Shown here piece after piece: positions 29,877 through 40,593 of a stretch of DNA of 64,000 bases. The translations under genes were made by a program, and so were the position numbers. The stretch comes from Candidatus Thalassarchaeaceae archaeon (GTDB lineage Archaea > Thermoplasmatota > Poseidoniia > Poseidoniales > Thalassarchaeaceae), in the NCBI GenBank assembly GCA_045568235.1, contig JBJLBJ010000022.1, positions 1,953-65,952 on the forward strand, given 5' to 3'. The number at the start of each line of letters is the position of its first letter. Position 1 is the first letter of the stretch. The notes beneath the pieces were generated by a model, which saw only the letters and a program-made list of their open reading frames with translations, made no database searches and was not told the DNA's origin.

Positions 29877-31871
29877 TTAATTAAAAACATCAGGTTCCCA
29901 AGATGAAATTTTTCCTGTAAAAGCACTTGTCATCACAGTCAAAGGACTTGCTAGATATAATTTACCAGGACCAGACCTTCCTTGAAAATTACGATTAATT
30001 GCCGAAACTGTCACCTGACTCGCATCAGAACTTATTCCGGGACCTGCTCCTATGCAAGCACCACACCCAGGATCAATAATTTTTATTCCTGCCTTTTCAA
30101 ATAAATCCACCCATCCGTTTTTTATAGATAATTCTTTTACAGATTTAGAACCAAATTGGATATAACATTCAACACCATCTGCAATTTTTATTCCTGCGGC
30201 CAATGCGGCTTTAGTTACCATTGCATAATATGCAAAATCATCATCTTTTCCCGCAGTACATGACCCTGCATAAGCAATATCTATTTTTATATCTCCCAAG
30301 TCTTTTATGAAGGCACCATTCGTTGGGTCGGAAGGAATTCCCTTATCTGGATCTCCAGGATGGGCTACCATTGGCATTATTTCTGAAAGATTAATTACAT
30401 GTATTCCTCCGTCATAAATTGCATTTTTGTCTGGTAAAATAAAACTTTCTTCAATTTCTTCAGCAGTTAAACCATCTCTCCTTTTTAATAACCATTCTAT
30501 TGTTACCAAATCAGGCTCACAGATTCCAGTTTTAGCACTACATTCTGTAGCCATATTACAAAGAGTCGCTCTTTCATCCATGGAAAGACTTGTAAGTCCT
30601 GGACCGCCAAACTCCATACTTCTATCTAGTGTTTCTGATTTTGCTGCATAATTCCATAATATATGTAAAATAACATCTTTTGCCGTACACCCAGGGTGTA
30701 ATTTTCCTATTAACTCAAACCGAATACTTTCTGGTACCTTTACAAAAGCAAATTGATTATGTATCAAATTTGCATATTCAGTAGAACCAACACCATATGT
30801 CAAAGCATTCGATGCTCCTCCCATGCAAGTATGCGAATCAGTTGCTTGAATAAAGTCTCCAACATCAATAAACTCTTCCCGAGCAACCTGATGGCATATG
30901 CCAGGGCTAATTCCTCCCTCTGCCGAGTAATCTCTAACTTCCGTATGTTTTTGAAATATTTTTTGCATATTTCTCAATGTTTCTATTTTGTTAATATGAG
31001 GACTAAACTTAGGCACATTTGTCGCATAAAGTAAATGATCTTCAAAGACTGCAAACTTTATCGGATTTGGAATAGAATAATTATTTCCATATTCTTCCTT
31101 GAGAAATGTATGCACTTGAGCCGTAGTAAATTCGTGTGAATAACCGCCATCTACAGATGCAAGTACAGCATCACCAGGCTTTACAAATTTCTCAACCGTA
31201 TTTTCTCCGATCATTTTTTTTGCAATTATCTTTTCTGCCATTGTCATTTCTCTTTTTGTAGTTACAGACTTTGGTAACACAATATCTCCTTCGGCTAATT
31301 TTTTTGCAAAAGGCAAAATCCCTCCATTTTCTAAAATTAAGCGGGTTATCGGGTCGTATTTTGATGTAAATTCTGACAAATCTATCGACTCTCCCTTTTG
31401 CAATCTTTCTAAAATCGCATAATCACCCATCAGCTGGCCTAAATTTATATTATTTCGTTCATGAATAGGTGCAAAGGATGCGGCAATAACCAATCTAACG
31501 CCGGACCATCTTTCACACTGAGGAGCAGTTTCTCTACTAGAACCAGTTCCCTTCCTATGTCCAGAAACTATTACTTCAAAATTTCCATCAATCAAAGCCC
31601 GTTCTTCGAAAACTCTTCTGCCACCATGCATCAAGCCAGCATATGCATTTTCAGCAATTTTAGATGGCTCATGATCAAAACATACCCAAGCAGGAGTCAT
31701 TACATCTGTATTAATGTCATCGAGCAAATCATCTATTCTCAAATCTTCCATTTTAAGATTGAGCCCACCATACAATTGTTTAGATATCAAATCTAAGTCC
31801 TTAGTTAGAAATAAAACTCTTTTTCCCTTTGTAAGAGATATTTTTTTCGGAGGCCACTGTTCTTCTAACAT
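29877..31871 (-). CDS. Aconitase-family dehydratase, fused swivel (LeuD-like) + [4Fe-4S] (LeuC-like) domains
   Basis: N-terminal DDINTDVMTP, GTGSSRETAP, SFAPIHERN; C-terminal GICHQ, TDSHTC, GSCTAG, PGCGACIG, NRNFQGRSG, YLASP. Confidence 0.88.
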   Translation of the reverse strand: MLEEQWPPKKISLTKGKRVLFLTKDLDLISKQLYGGLNLKMEDLRIDDLLDDINTDVMTPAWVCFDHEPSKIAENAYAGLMHGGRRVFEERALIDGNFEVIVSGHRKGTGSSRETAPQCERWSGVRLVIAASFAPIHERNNINLGQLMGDYAILERLQKGESIDLSEFTSKYDPITRLILENGGILPFAKKLAEGDIVLPKSVTTKREMTMAEKIIAKKMIGENTVEKFVKPGDAVLASVDGGYSHEFTTAQVHTFLKEEYGNNYSIPNPIKFAVFEDHLLYATNVPKFSPHINKIETLRNMQKIFQKHTEVRDYSAEGGISPGICHQVAREEFIDVGDFIQATDSHTCMGGASNALTYGVGSTEYANLIHNQFAFVKVPESIRFELIGKLHPGCTAKDVILHILWNYAAKSETLDRSMEFGGPGLTSLSMDERATLCNMATECSAKTGICEPDLVTIEWLLKRRDGLTAEEIEESFILPDKNAIYDGGIHVINLSEIMPMVAHPGDPDKGIPSDPTNGAFIKDLGDIKIDIAYAGSCTAGKDDDFAYYAMVTKAALAAGIKIADGVECYIQFGSKSVKELSIKNGWVDLFEKAGIKIIDPGCGACIGAGPGISSDASQVTVSAINRNFQGRSGPGKLYLASPLTVMTSAFTGKISSWEPDVFN

Positions 31872-31985
31872 TCTACCTCTCCCATACCTTTGGCACACTC
31901 TCGACATATATCATGATTTTCGATAATTAAGTTATAAATTTGATTTAATTTGGAAACTAAATTAATGATATATTTACTGTCAGAC

Positions 31986-32039
31986 TTAAATATAATGGTC
32001 TTTCGGAGTATTTTATCTTTCCTAGGAAAGATGGAGTGA
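31986..32039 (+). promoter_or_regulatory. tfb promoter: TATA-like box, 18-bp perfect palindrome, SD
   Basis: TTAAATATA at 31986-31994; ATCTTTCCTAGGAAAGAT at 32015-32032; GGAGTGA at 32033-32039. Confidence 0.55.
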
Positions 32040-32043
32040 TATC

Positions 32044-32970
32044 ATGGCAAATGACCTTATTGAAGATACAGTTAAATGTACAGAATGTGCAAGCCGAAAT
32101 TTAGTAAAAGACGAAAATAGAGGAGAACTAATTTGTCAAGATTGTGGTCTTGTATTGGAAGATAATGTAATCGACCAAGGTGCAGAGTGGAGAGTTTTCA
32201 GCCCTGAACAAGGAGATCAGAGAGCGCGTACAGGGGCACCAATGACTGTTATGCTGCATGATAAAGGACTCTCAACAGATATCGATTGGCAAAATAAAGA
32301 TTATTCCGGAAAATCAATTTCGAGTCGATATAGAAGTCAGTTTTATCGTATGAGAAAGTGGCAAAAAAGATCAAGGGTAAGTAACGCTACTGAAAGAAAT
32401 TTGGCAATGGCATTAGCAGAATTAGATAGAATGGCCAGCCGTCTAGACTTGCCTAAATCAATTAGAGAAGCAGCAGCTGTGAATTATAAAAAGGCAGTTG
32501 AGGCTAGATTGATTCGAGGAAGATCAATAGAAGGCGTTGCCGCTGCAAGTCTTTACGCTGCGTGTAGACAATGCTCCAATCCTCGTACATTAGACGAAAT
32601 TGGTGAAGCTAGCAGAACAGGTAGAAAAGAAATAGGACGCACCTACAGATTTATGGTAAGAGAGTTAAAAATGAAAATTCCACCAACAAAACCAGAAGAT
32701 TATATCCCTCGTTTTTGTTCTGGCTTAGATTTAGATGCAGAAGTACAGGCTAAGGCTTACGAATTAATTGCTGCCGCTCAAGAAAGAGAATTAACTAGTG
32801 GAAGGGGGCCTACTGGAATTGCCGCATCAATAATTTATATTGCCAGTGTCCTTTGCGGAAAGAGAAGAACTCAAAGAGAAGTAGCAGAGGTCGCAGGAGT
32901 TACAGAAGTAACAATTCGTAATCGTTACAAGGAATTAATTCAAAATTTAAATATTGAATTAGAGATTTAA
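32044..32970 (+). CDS. tfb: Transcription initiation factor IIB
   Basis: CTECAS...ICQDCGLV Zn ribbon, EWRVF, HDKGLST, two cyclin folds, [12 protein letters not shown]. Confidence 0.98.
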   Translation: MANDLIEDTVKCTECASRNLVKDENRGELICQDCGLVLEDNVIDQGAEWRVFSPEQGDQRARTGAPMTVMLHDKGLSTDIDWQNKDYSGKSISSRYRSQFYRMRKWQKRSRVSNATERNLAMALAELDRMASRLDLPKSIREAAAVNYKKAVEARLIRGRSIEGVAAASLYAACRQCSNPRTLDEIGEASRTGRKEIGRTYRFMVRELKMKIPPTKPEDYIPRFCSGLDLDAEVQAKAYELIAAAQERELTSGRGPTGIAASIIYIASVLCGKRRTQREVAEVAGVTEVTIRNRYKELIQNLNIELEI

Positions 32971-32973
32971 CTG

Positions 32974-34341
32974 GTGACCTTCATGGTTCGCCGTGAATCC
33001 AGTGTCTTAATTTGGGAGAATTCCACAGAGTTATTATCAGAATATGTAAAAAATTCTTTTAAATATGGATTTTTACCACACCCCCCACTCGAGTTACCTG
33101 ACTTTCCTGCACAATACCCAGAATCAATTTCTGAATTATCCTCTCAAGTCCTAGGACTATTTTCAATTGATAAGGCCGGGTTTAATTCAAAATTAGTCGA
33201 AATAGTTGAAACTATAGAACCTAGTTATGTACAAAGGCACATCGATCCTCAGAGGGAAAGAGAAAAATGGGCTTTAAAGAACATTGATCAAATTTCAAAA
33301 AGAATAATAATTTTACAAATTAATGATTGGCTCAACTCTGCATTAGACGAAACATCGCCAGATACATCCAGATGGTATTTTGCAATTTCCGTTTTGATGG
33401 GCATGTGTCATGAATCTTCTACTATATGTAGGGATTTTTGTTTTAATTTTATTATATCAATTTCTATGGCAAAGCCTCCTAATTTTAGGCCAAAAACGAA
33501 TCCTTCTGGGCCACATCATATTGCATGGGATCCTTCAAAGGAAAATATTGATTTTGAACACAACATACCCCATCCTTCTGGTATTTTAGCTGTTAATATT
33601 ATTTTAGATTATCTTTCTTCTTCTGAATCTACTTTAAAAAATATTCTTCCTTTTTGGATTCATAGCCTTAGTACATTTCCTTATTTAACTAATCATTTAC
33701 ATTTATTTTCAAGAATAAAAACATGCTTAAATCAATTAAAAGGCGAACAAGTTGATTCATTGATACAAGCCACGACGCAACTAATGCCCGATTATCTAAA
33801 TCAATCAAAAGATATTTTTATGTCGATTGACTCTAGTTCAAACTCTTCTACAAAAAGAAGTTTGGCTTCGGTAATACCAAAGATATATTCCTATGACCCA
33901 GAATTTACCTTATCGATTTTAGATTGGTTACTGATTGATTCTGATCAAAACACATGTGTACTTGCTACGGGGGCTCTTGGATTCATTATTAGGTCCAATA
34001 GAAATGCATACTACTTAAGAGCGCCAATTGTAATTCAACACGGCAATCAAAAAGCACTTCAAATATTGGTAAATAATAGTATAAGCGAGTATCTAAATCA
34101 AGACATCTCAGATAAAATAAATATTTTACCAGACCTATGGATTAAATGTAATGAAAACTCCCGTTCTAAACTAGTTAGTTATATTTGCGATCAAGGAAAA
34201 TTAAGCCCATCATCGTATGTTGATACCGCAACTAAAATTTTTAATAAAGATGAAAAATCATTTTTAGATTTATATCGATGGATAGGAATGCGCGATAAAG
34301 ACTTACAAAAAAAGATAAAACAAATCAAAACAAAGACATAG
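32974..34341 (+). CDS. Hypothetical protein with possible HEAT/ARM-like helical repeats
   Basis: 455-aa ORF 3 nt after tfb; C-terminal amphipathic helix pairs (TKRSLASVIPKI, DSDQNTCVLATGALGFI). Confidence 0.6.
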   Translation: MTFMVRRESSVLIWENSTELLSEYVKNSFKYGFLPHPPLELPDFPAQYPESISELSSQVLGLFSIDKAGFNSKLVEIVETIEPSYVQRHIDPQREREKWALKNIDQISKRIIILQINDWLNSALDETSPDTSRWYFAISVLMGMCHESSTICRDFCFNFIISISMAKPPNFRPKTNPSGPHHIAWDPSKENIDFEHNIPHPSGILAVNIILDYLSSSESTLKNILPFWIHSLSTFPYLTNHLHLFSRIKTCLNQLKGEQVDSLIQATTQLMPDYLNQSKDIFMSIDSSSNSSTKRSLASVIPKIYSYDPEFTLSILDWLLIDSDQNTCVLATGALGFIIRSNRNAYYLRAPIVIQHGNQKALQILVNNSISEYLNQDISDKINILPDLWIKCNENSRSKLVSYICDQGKLSPSSYVDTATKIFNKDEKSFLDLYRWIGMRDKDLQKKIKQIKTKT

Positions 34342-34345
34342 ATAT

Positions 34346-35095
34346 TTATTCTTTGAATATTTCCTTCATAAGTCTATAATCCAAATTATATTTGTTTTTT
34401 ATACAAGATATATCTGAATCTATTTTTTCCCTGTTTAGATATTTTTTCAATTTTCGAAATTGTAATTTTTTAAATAAATTAATCATATTCCATTTATTTC
34501 CAAATGTACTATGCCTATCGACATTTTTATTTTCCCAATCAAGTTCAAACCTCAACCTTTCTTGCACATCGTCACAATCTAAATTTATTATCAAATCAAA
34601 TTTAGATATATTTTCAACTGCATTCTCATAATCTTCTTCATTTAGTATTTTATATGGAAAATTTCCATTATTTGAAAAAATTCTAACATAATAATTATCA
34701 GATAAAAAGATATTAGGCTTATGTATGAAATTGACTAACTCTTCTTCTTCTGTATATCCAGAATAATATGCATAATTATGATTTGAAACTAATCTTTTTT
34801 TAGGGTCTCTGAGACATGTAATTAATGTAATCCGCTTATCCATTTCAAGGGCATTAAAATCTGGAGCGCCCGATTCAGTTGCAATGAAGGTGATCCCATT
34901 TTCTTCACAATTATCTATAAATTTTGATAATTCAAAATTGCTATATTCCCAAACAGGTAACACAACGCCACCATCATCCGTTGGATTTCCATTGTTGTTA
35001 GGAATATACATTTTTTCATTATTGGCCTTCGCCATATTAACTATCAAAGTTCCAGCAGCTTTATGGATATGTTGAAACCATACTAATCGGTACAT
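34346..35095 (-). CDS. Sulfotransferase (Sulfotransfer_2 / HNK-1-like family)
   Basis: 5'-PSB WFQHIHKAAGT; 3'-PB LRDPKKRLVSNHNY; DNYYVR; NLDYRL. Confidence 0.85.
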   Translation of the reverse strand: MYRLVWFQHIHKAAGTLIVNMAKANNEKMYIPNNNGNPTDDGGVVLPVWEYSNFELSKFIDNCEENGITFIATESGAPDFNALEMDKRITLITCLRDPKKRLVSNHNYAYYSGYTEEEELVNFIHKPNIFLSDNYYVRIFSNNGNFPYKILNEEDYENAVENISKFDLIINLDCDDVQERLRFELDWENKNVDRHSTFGNKWNMINLFKKLQFRKLKKYLNREKIDSDISCIKNKYNLDYRLMKEIFKE

Positions 35096-35161
35096 GATGG
35101 AAGCCCCCTATATAATCCACAATCAATCGTACTTTTCATATCTATCGATTGACTCGGATTA

Positions 35162-36064
35162 ATGAGGTTGTCATATTTGGACGCATTGGGAGGATATATT
35201 GTAGGCGTTCCTAAATCAGGTTCAACCTGGCTAGCGAATGCATTATCTCAGCACCCTGATCTACAACTTTCAAATCCAAAAGAGCCAAATTTTTTCCCTA
35301 CTCACAAGGGTACTTTTGGTAGAAATATGGATGATCCAGTATGGGATGAATATAAAAAATTCTTTATTGATGATAATAGGATGAAAATAGATGCTTCAAT
35401 ACATACCTTTGCTTGCCCTTTAGCACCAAAGAGAATATACGAAAAATTTCCAAATATGAAATTTATTTTGTGTATACGAGAACCTATCTCACGAGCCTTC
35501 AGTCATTGGAGGATGATTATAGAAACAGAAGAAGATAAAAAACACAATACCAATTGGTCAGATTTTTCTTCTGCATGGCAAGATGAAAGACTGAGAGATG
35601 ATTCATTGTATGGAAAATCAATGGAGCACTGGCTAAAATATTTTGATATGAATAATTTCATAATCATTGACAGTAGTTTAATGAAAAATAAACAAAAAGA
35701 AACATTACAAAAAATTGAACATTTCTTAGAATTAGATCCGTATAATTACGATTTAGAAATGATCAAAAATGCCAATAAAGCTTCTGATAGAAGGCCTCTG
35801 ACGCTCGTTGGAAATATTTTAAAGAAAATATTTTCATCAATACCAAGTTTTTTGAAAGAGCCAATTGTAAAAAGATTACAGAATAGAGGTATAAATATTT
35901 ATTCAGCTCCAATAATAAGCAGCAAAGGCAAACCTCACGAAATTACTAACTCTCATTATTTAGTATGCCATGAGGAAATAATAGACGACTTAGTATTATT
36001 TGAGTCCATTACTGGTTTTTCAACAAAAGAATGGATTGACATTATTGACAATCATACAAAATAA
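35162..36064 (+). CDS. Sulfotransferase (Sulfotransfer_1/3 family)
   Basis: IVGVPKSGSTWL, KEPNFF, IREPISRAFSHW motifs. Confidence 0.9.
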   Translation: MRLSYLDALGGYIVGVPKSGSTWLANALSQHPDLQLSNPKEPNFFPTHKGTFGRNMDDPVWDEYKKFFIDDNRMKIDASIHTFACPLAPKRIYEKFPNMKFILCIREPISRAFSHWRMIIETEEDKKHNTNWSDFSSAWQDERLRDDSLYGKSMEHWLKYFDMNNFIIIDSSLMKNKQKETLQKIEHFLELDPYNYDLEMIKNANKASDRRPLTLVGNILKKIFSSIPSFLKEPIVKRLQNRGINIYSAPIISSKGKPHEITNSHYLVCHEEIIDDLVLFESITGFSTKEWIDIIDNHTK

Positions 36065-36074
36065 ACGAATATTC

Positions 36075-36902
36075 TTATATTCGCAAATTTTTTGAAACTT
36101 TTTTTGGTTCTCCAAACGAATTTTTCCTAATAAGCCAAAAAATAGCAACGAACCAAGCCTTACTCCATAATGACCAGGACTCGTATCTAGATAATGGCCT
36201 GATATCACTATTTTCTTGTGTTTTTCTTAATTTTTTTTGTAATTTCCACAAGTCTCCATTAATTACACTAGTTCTAGATATAAGCCCAGCAGCACTTTCC
36301 ACATATTTTCTAGGATTGCGCCGATAAAGTAATTGTTCAGACTTAGGATATGGTGCATATGTCCCCATAGATCCTAAAGGTTCAGGATGATGCATTATAC
36401 ACTCAGAAGCCCATATTATCTTATGGCCCGCATCAATAACTTTCCATGCTAAATCAGTATCTTCTCTATGCAAATGATATCTTTCGTCAAAGCCACCGAC
36501 CTCTTCTAAAATTTCTCTTTTTATTATTAAATTAGCTGTTTTGAAACGATCCCATTTAAATCTTGTAGGAGGATTATGTGATACTATATTTCCTACTTCA
36601 TCTTCTGTGGTCATGGCACCTTCAATTCCACCAATAAACTCATTTTTTTCAAATAATTTCAATATAGTTTCTATCCAATTTGATGGAGCAACACAATCAT
36701 CGTCTAGGAAGGCCACAATATCGGCACTACCTCTTTTCCAACCTATATTTCTTGAGATTCCAGGGCCAAAATCAGTTTCTGAATCATCAATAATCTCGAT
36801 TGACTGTGGTGCGATAGTTTGTTTACTTAATGAATCTAGACATCTAGGTAATACATCTGGCCTTCGAAATGTCGGAATCACCACATCGACACCAATGGAC
36901 AT
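36075..36902 (-). CDS. GT2 family glycosyltransferase
   Basis: VVIPTFRR, SRNIG, VAFLDDDC, GGFDERY..HREDTDL motifs. Confidence 0.92.
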   Translation of the reverse strand: MSIGVDVVIPTFRRPDVLPRCLDSLSKQTIAPQSIEIIDDSETDFGPGISRNIGWKRGSADIVAFLDDDCVAPSNWIETILKLFEKNEFIGGIEGAMTTEDEVGNIVSHNPPTRFKWDRFKTANLIIKREILEEVGGFDERYHLHREDTDLAWKVIDAGHKIIWASECIMHHPEPLGSMGTYAPYPKSEQLLYRRNPRKYVESAAGLISRTSVINGDLWKLQKKLRKTQENSDIRPLSRYESWSLWSKAWFVAIFWLIRKNSFGEPKKVSKNLRI

Positions 36903-36951
36903 ATATATGTCTGTACATATTATATCTTATTTAGATAGCAGGTATTTTATC

Positions 36952-39900
36952 TCAAGAACAACCTGTAGTTTCACCACACGCATCACATTTTAGACAAGTT
37001 CCATTACGGCGCATTTGACTACTACCGCACGACGCACAAATATCTCCCGTGTAACCTCTTTCCCTTGCCATCCTCCTCTCCTTCATCTCTTTATTTTCTA
37101 GATTTGATACCGACTCCAGAGTATATTGAATTTCTCGCTTTTCACCTTTATTTCTTACTATACCGACATCACTTACTTCTGGTTTACTTATTGAATAAGG
37201 ATCAAAATCTGATTCTTCTACAGCAACATGGGCCAAGTCATCTCTCCCTGCATACTCGATTGCTAACTCTCTGAAAATCCAATCTACTAAACTAGAAGTC
37301 ATTTTGACTCTTCCACTACCTCCTTCAACCATCCCACTTGGTTCGAATTTCTGGAAAGTAAATACTTTTACAAACGCTTCAAGCGGCACACCGTGCTGTA
37401 GTCCGATTGAGACTGCTATTGCAAATTGATTTAACATCGCCCTCCATGCCGCACCTTCTTTTGAGGTTACTAATATAATCTCTCCAAGCGCTCCATCTGG
37501 GTATTCTCCTGTAATTAAACGAACGCTGTGACCACCGATTCTCGCCTTTATATTGTCGCCTTTCTTTTTATTGGGCAATTGCCTTCTTGTGGCTATATAA
37601 TTCACCATTGATTGTGCTACAGGCCTTGCATCAACTTCTGGTACAGGTAGAACCTTTACTACTTCTTCAACCATTTTTGTAACTACTAATTCCTCAACTT
37701 CTTCGTCATCTTCCATAGCACTAGAATCAACTAATTGATTCATTAATGGTTGAGATAACTTAGAACAATCTCTGTAGACTGCACATGCTTTATTCATTGT
37801 TGAATGACTTAGATTATACGCATCCCTTATTTCTTCTACAGTCGAATTAGAAGGCATATTAATTGTTTTTGAAATTGCACCAGAAATAAATGGCTGTGCA
37901 GCAGCCATCATCATAACATGTGCTTTCCAATCAATAGATCTTTTACCATATTTTCCACAAGGAGTAGCACAATCAAATACAGCCAAATGCTCTTCTTTTA
38001 AGCCTGGAGCACCCTCTATCATGTTATATCCAAATACATAATCATTAGCAGTACCAATCTCATCAGAGGATAAACCCATATGAGATAGTACATCGAAGAA
38101 AGGATTGTCATAATCTTCTTGACTCATTCCTAAAGTATCCTTACATATCTTTTCACCTAATATTGCTGGAGAGAAAGCAGAACGAATATCAAATACATCG
38201 CCAAAACTATCTTCTAATTTCTTTATTGTATTGATATCCAACCCCATCTTAGTCAATTTTTCTGCAGAAAGATGAGGACAATTACTCAAAGTTTTCGTGC
38301 CTGTAATATATTGTTCGATTTCTGTAGTTTCTTTATCGCTGTAACCAAGCCTCTTCAATGCATTGGAAACTCCACTGTTTACAATTCTCAATGAACCTCC
38401 TCCCGCCAATGTTTTGTATTGTACTAGAGAAAATTGAGGCTCTACTCCAGTTGTATCAGCTCCCATTACTAGCCCTATTGTTCCAGTAGGAGCAATAACA
38501 GTTGTTTGTGCATTTCTATACCCATGTTCTTCACCTTCTCTCAAGGCAACATCCCAAGCATTTCGAGCTGCCTCCAATAAGTCCTTTGGACACTTTTTAG
38601 AATCTATACTCATTGGTTTTATAGTTAAACCTTCATATTCATCATCATTTATGCCATAAGCGGCTCTTCGATGATTACGCATAACTTTTAGCATATGTTC
38701 TTCATTTCTTTCATAATCTGGATAAGGGCCCAATATTGATGCCATTTCTGCGCTAGTAGCGTATGATTCTCCACACATTATGGCAGTCATAGCCCCACAA
38801 ATAGCATACCCTCTTTCATCATCATATGGTATTCCCATGTGCATTAACAAAGAACCTATATTGCAATATCCTAGACCCAATGTTCGATAATCATAAGATC
38901 TTTTAGCAATTTCAGCAGAAGGAAATTGAGCCATTAAAACACTAATTTCTAATGTTGCTGTCCATAGCCGAACACTATGACGAAAATTCTCTATATTGAA
39001 AGTTTGAGTTCCCAAATCATAGTATTTTAGGAGATTTATACTTGCTAAATTACATGCAGTATCGTCCAAAAACATATATTCAGAACAAGGATTAGAACCA
39101 TTTATTTTACCTCCTTCTGGACATGTGTGCCATTCATTAATAGTAGTATCAAATTGTACGCCGGGATCTGCACATGCCCATGCAGTATAGGCTACTTTAT
39201 CCCATAATTCGCTCGCATCCAATACTTTACAAGGTTCTGGTGCACGACCCTCTTGTTCTGCTTTATCTAACTCAGTTCTGTAATAGAGATTCCAATCTCC
39301 TTTACTTTTTACAGTATCCATAAATTCATTCGGAACTCTAACAGAATTATTACTATTCTGACCAGACACTGTCATATATGCTTCTCCTTGCCAATCAGTA
39401 TCTAATACATCAAAATCGACACCTTTCCAACCTTGTTTTGCCAAATCAATAATTCTTTGAATATGCGGTTGAGGAACACTATCTTTTATCGCTTGTACCA
39501 TTGCTTTCCTTAGAGGCAAATTTATACTTTGATCAAATCTTTCAGAATCGCTATCATGGCCCCAAATGTTTTCCATAATAGCATTTGCATGCTTTTGTAG
39601 GATATTACTACCAATTACAAGAGCCGATACTTTTTCTTCTTCACTCGCCTTCCAGTCGATATATTCTTCAATATCCGGATGATCAAGATCAAGAGTTACC
39701 ATTTTGGCCGCTCTACGGGTCGTTCCTCCGGATTTTATAGCGCCTGCCGCTCTATCTCCAATTTTTAAGAAAGACAACAGGCCGGATGATTTTCCTCCTC
39801 CAGATAGCGGCTCATCTTTCCCTCTAATACTGGAAAAATTTGAACCAGTTCCTGAACCATATTTGAATAATAATGCTTCTCTATTCCATAACCCCATAAT

Positions 39901-40593
39901 TGAGCCGGTACCTCCTACTAGTTCATCAGATACTGATTGAATAAAACAAGCATGAGGCTGAGGGTGTTCATAAGCATTAGAAGACAAACTTAATTCTCCG
40001 GTGGTTGGATCAACATAGTGGTGCCCTTGTGCTGGACCTTCAATCCCATAGGCCCAGTGCAAACCAGTATTGAACCATTGAGGGCTATTTGGAGCAGATC
40101 TCTGACTTGCTATCAGATAGCACATTTCATCAAAATATGCCAAAGCATCAGCCTCACTTGCAAAATATCCATATTTCCATCCCCAATAGGTCCATGTTCC
40201 AGCTAGTCTTCTAAATAGGTCTCGACCATCAGTTTCTCCGCCCCATCCTTTTTCTTTGTCAACGGTTTGAAGTTTTTCATGATCGGGCTCACTTCTTTGA
40301 AGCCAAACAGGAACATTTTCTTCTGATACTTTTCGCAGATAGAGAGGGACGCCGGCTTTACGCAAATACTTCTGAGCCAATACCTTCCCCGGTACTCCAG
40401 AAAATCCTGAAGGTAATTTCACACCCTGGATAGATTCAGCCATCGAACCATCAGGATTTCTAATTTCTACATCCATTTCAATCCAGTTGAATGAATTAAA
40501 AGGGTCCTCTCCGGCCGACGTGAATCTTCTTTCAATTATCATTCCACTTTCTTCTTTTGACTCTGAATTGACCTTTTTTATTTTTGATTGCAT
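36952..40593 (-). CDS. nrdJ: Vitamin B12-dependent (class II) ribonucleotide reductase
   Basis: PNSPQWFN, HACFI, SNPCSEY, ACNLAS, IAPTGTI, ISKTINMP, YRD; C-terminal TSCPD domain and Zn ribbon; no intein seen. Confidence 0.96.
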   Translation of the reverse strand: MQSKIKKVNSESKEESGMIIERRFTSAGEDPFNSFNWIEMDVEIRNPDGSMAESIQGVKLPSGFSGVPGKVLAQKYLRKAGVPLYLRKVSEENVPVWLQRSEPDHEKLQTVDKEKGWGGETDGRDLFRRLAGTWTYWGWKYGYFASEADALAYFDEMCYLIASQRSAPNSPQWFNTGLHWAYGIEGPAQGHHYVDPTTGELSLSSNAYEHPQPHACFIQSVSDELVGGTGSIMGLWNREALLFKYGSGTGSNFSSIRGKDEPLSGGGKSSGLLSFLKIGDRAAGAIKSGGTTRRAAKMVTLDLDHPDIEEYIDWKASEEEKVSALVIGSNILQKHANAIMENIWGHDSDSERFDQSINLPLRKAMVQAIKDSVPQPHIQRIIDLAKQGWKGVDFDVLDTDWQGEAYMTVSGQNSNNSVRVPNEFMDTVKSKGDWNLYYRTELDKAEQEGRAPEPCKVLDASELWDKVAYTAWACADPGVQFDTTINEWHTCPEGGKINGSNPCSEYMFLDDTACNLASINLLKYYDLGTQTFNIENFRHSVRLWTATLEISVLMAQFPSAEIAKRSYDYRTLGLGYCNIGSLLMHMGIPYDDERGYAICGAMTAIMCGESYATSAEMASILGPYPDYERNEEHMLKVMRNHRRAAYGINDDEYEGLTIKPMSIDSKKCPKDLLEAARNAWDVALREGEEHGYRNAQTTVIAPTGTIGLVMGADTTGVEPQFSLVQYKTLAGGGSLRIVNSGVSNALKRLGYSDKETTEIEQYITGTKTLSNCPHLSAEKLTKMGLDINTIKKLEDSFGDVFDIRSAFSPAILGEKICKDTLGMSQEDYDNPFFDVLSHMGLSSDEIGTANDYVFGYNMIEGAPGLKEEHLAVFDCATPCGKYGKRSIDWKAHVMMMAAAQPFISGAISKTINMPSNSTVEEIRDAYNLSHSTMNKACAVYRDCSKLSQPLMNQLVDSSAMEDDEEVEELVVTKMVEEVVKVLPVPEVDARPVAQSMVNYIATRRQLPNKKKGDNIKARIGGHSVRLITGEYPDGALGEIILVTSKEGAAWRAMLNQFAIAVSIGLQHGVPLEAFVKVFTFQKFEPSGMVEGGSGRVKMTSSLVDWIFRELAIEYAGRDDLAHVAVEESDFDPYSISKPEVSDVGIVRNKGEKREIQYTLESVSNLENKEMKERRMARERGYTGDICASCGSSQMRRNGTCLKCDACGETTGCS

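Noticed and set aside
37105..37130. QYTLESV in the NrdJ tail as a PIP box
   Set aside because: It lacks the aromatic residues and is not terminal.
36952..40593. Possible intein in the long nrdJ
   Set aside because: No C/S...HN-C/S/T splice junctions or LAGLIDADG motifs recognised; the length fits long class II RNRs with a TSCPD tail.
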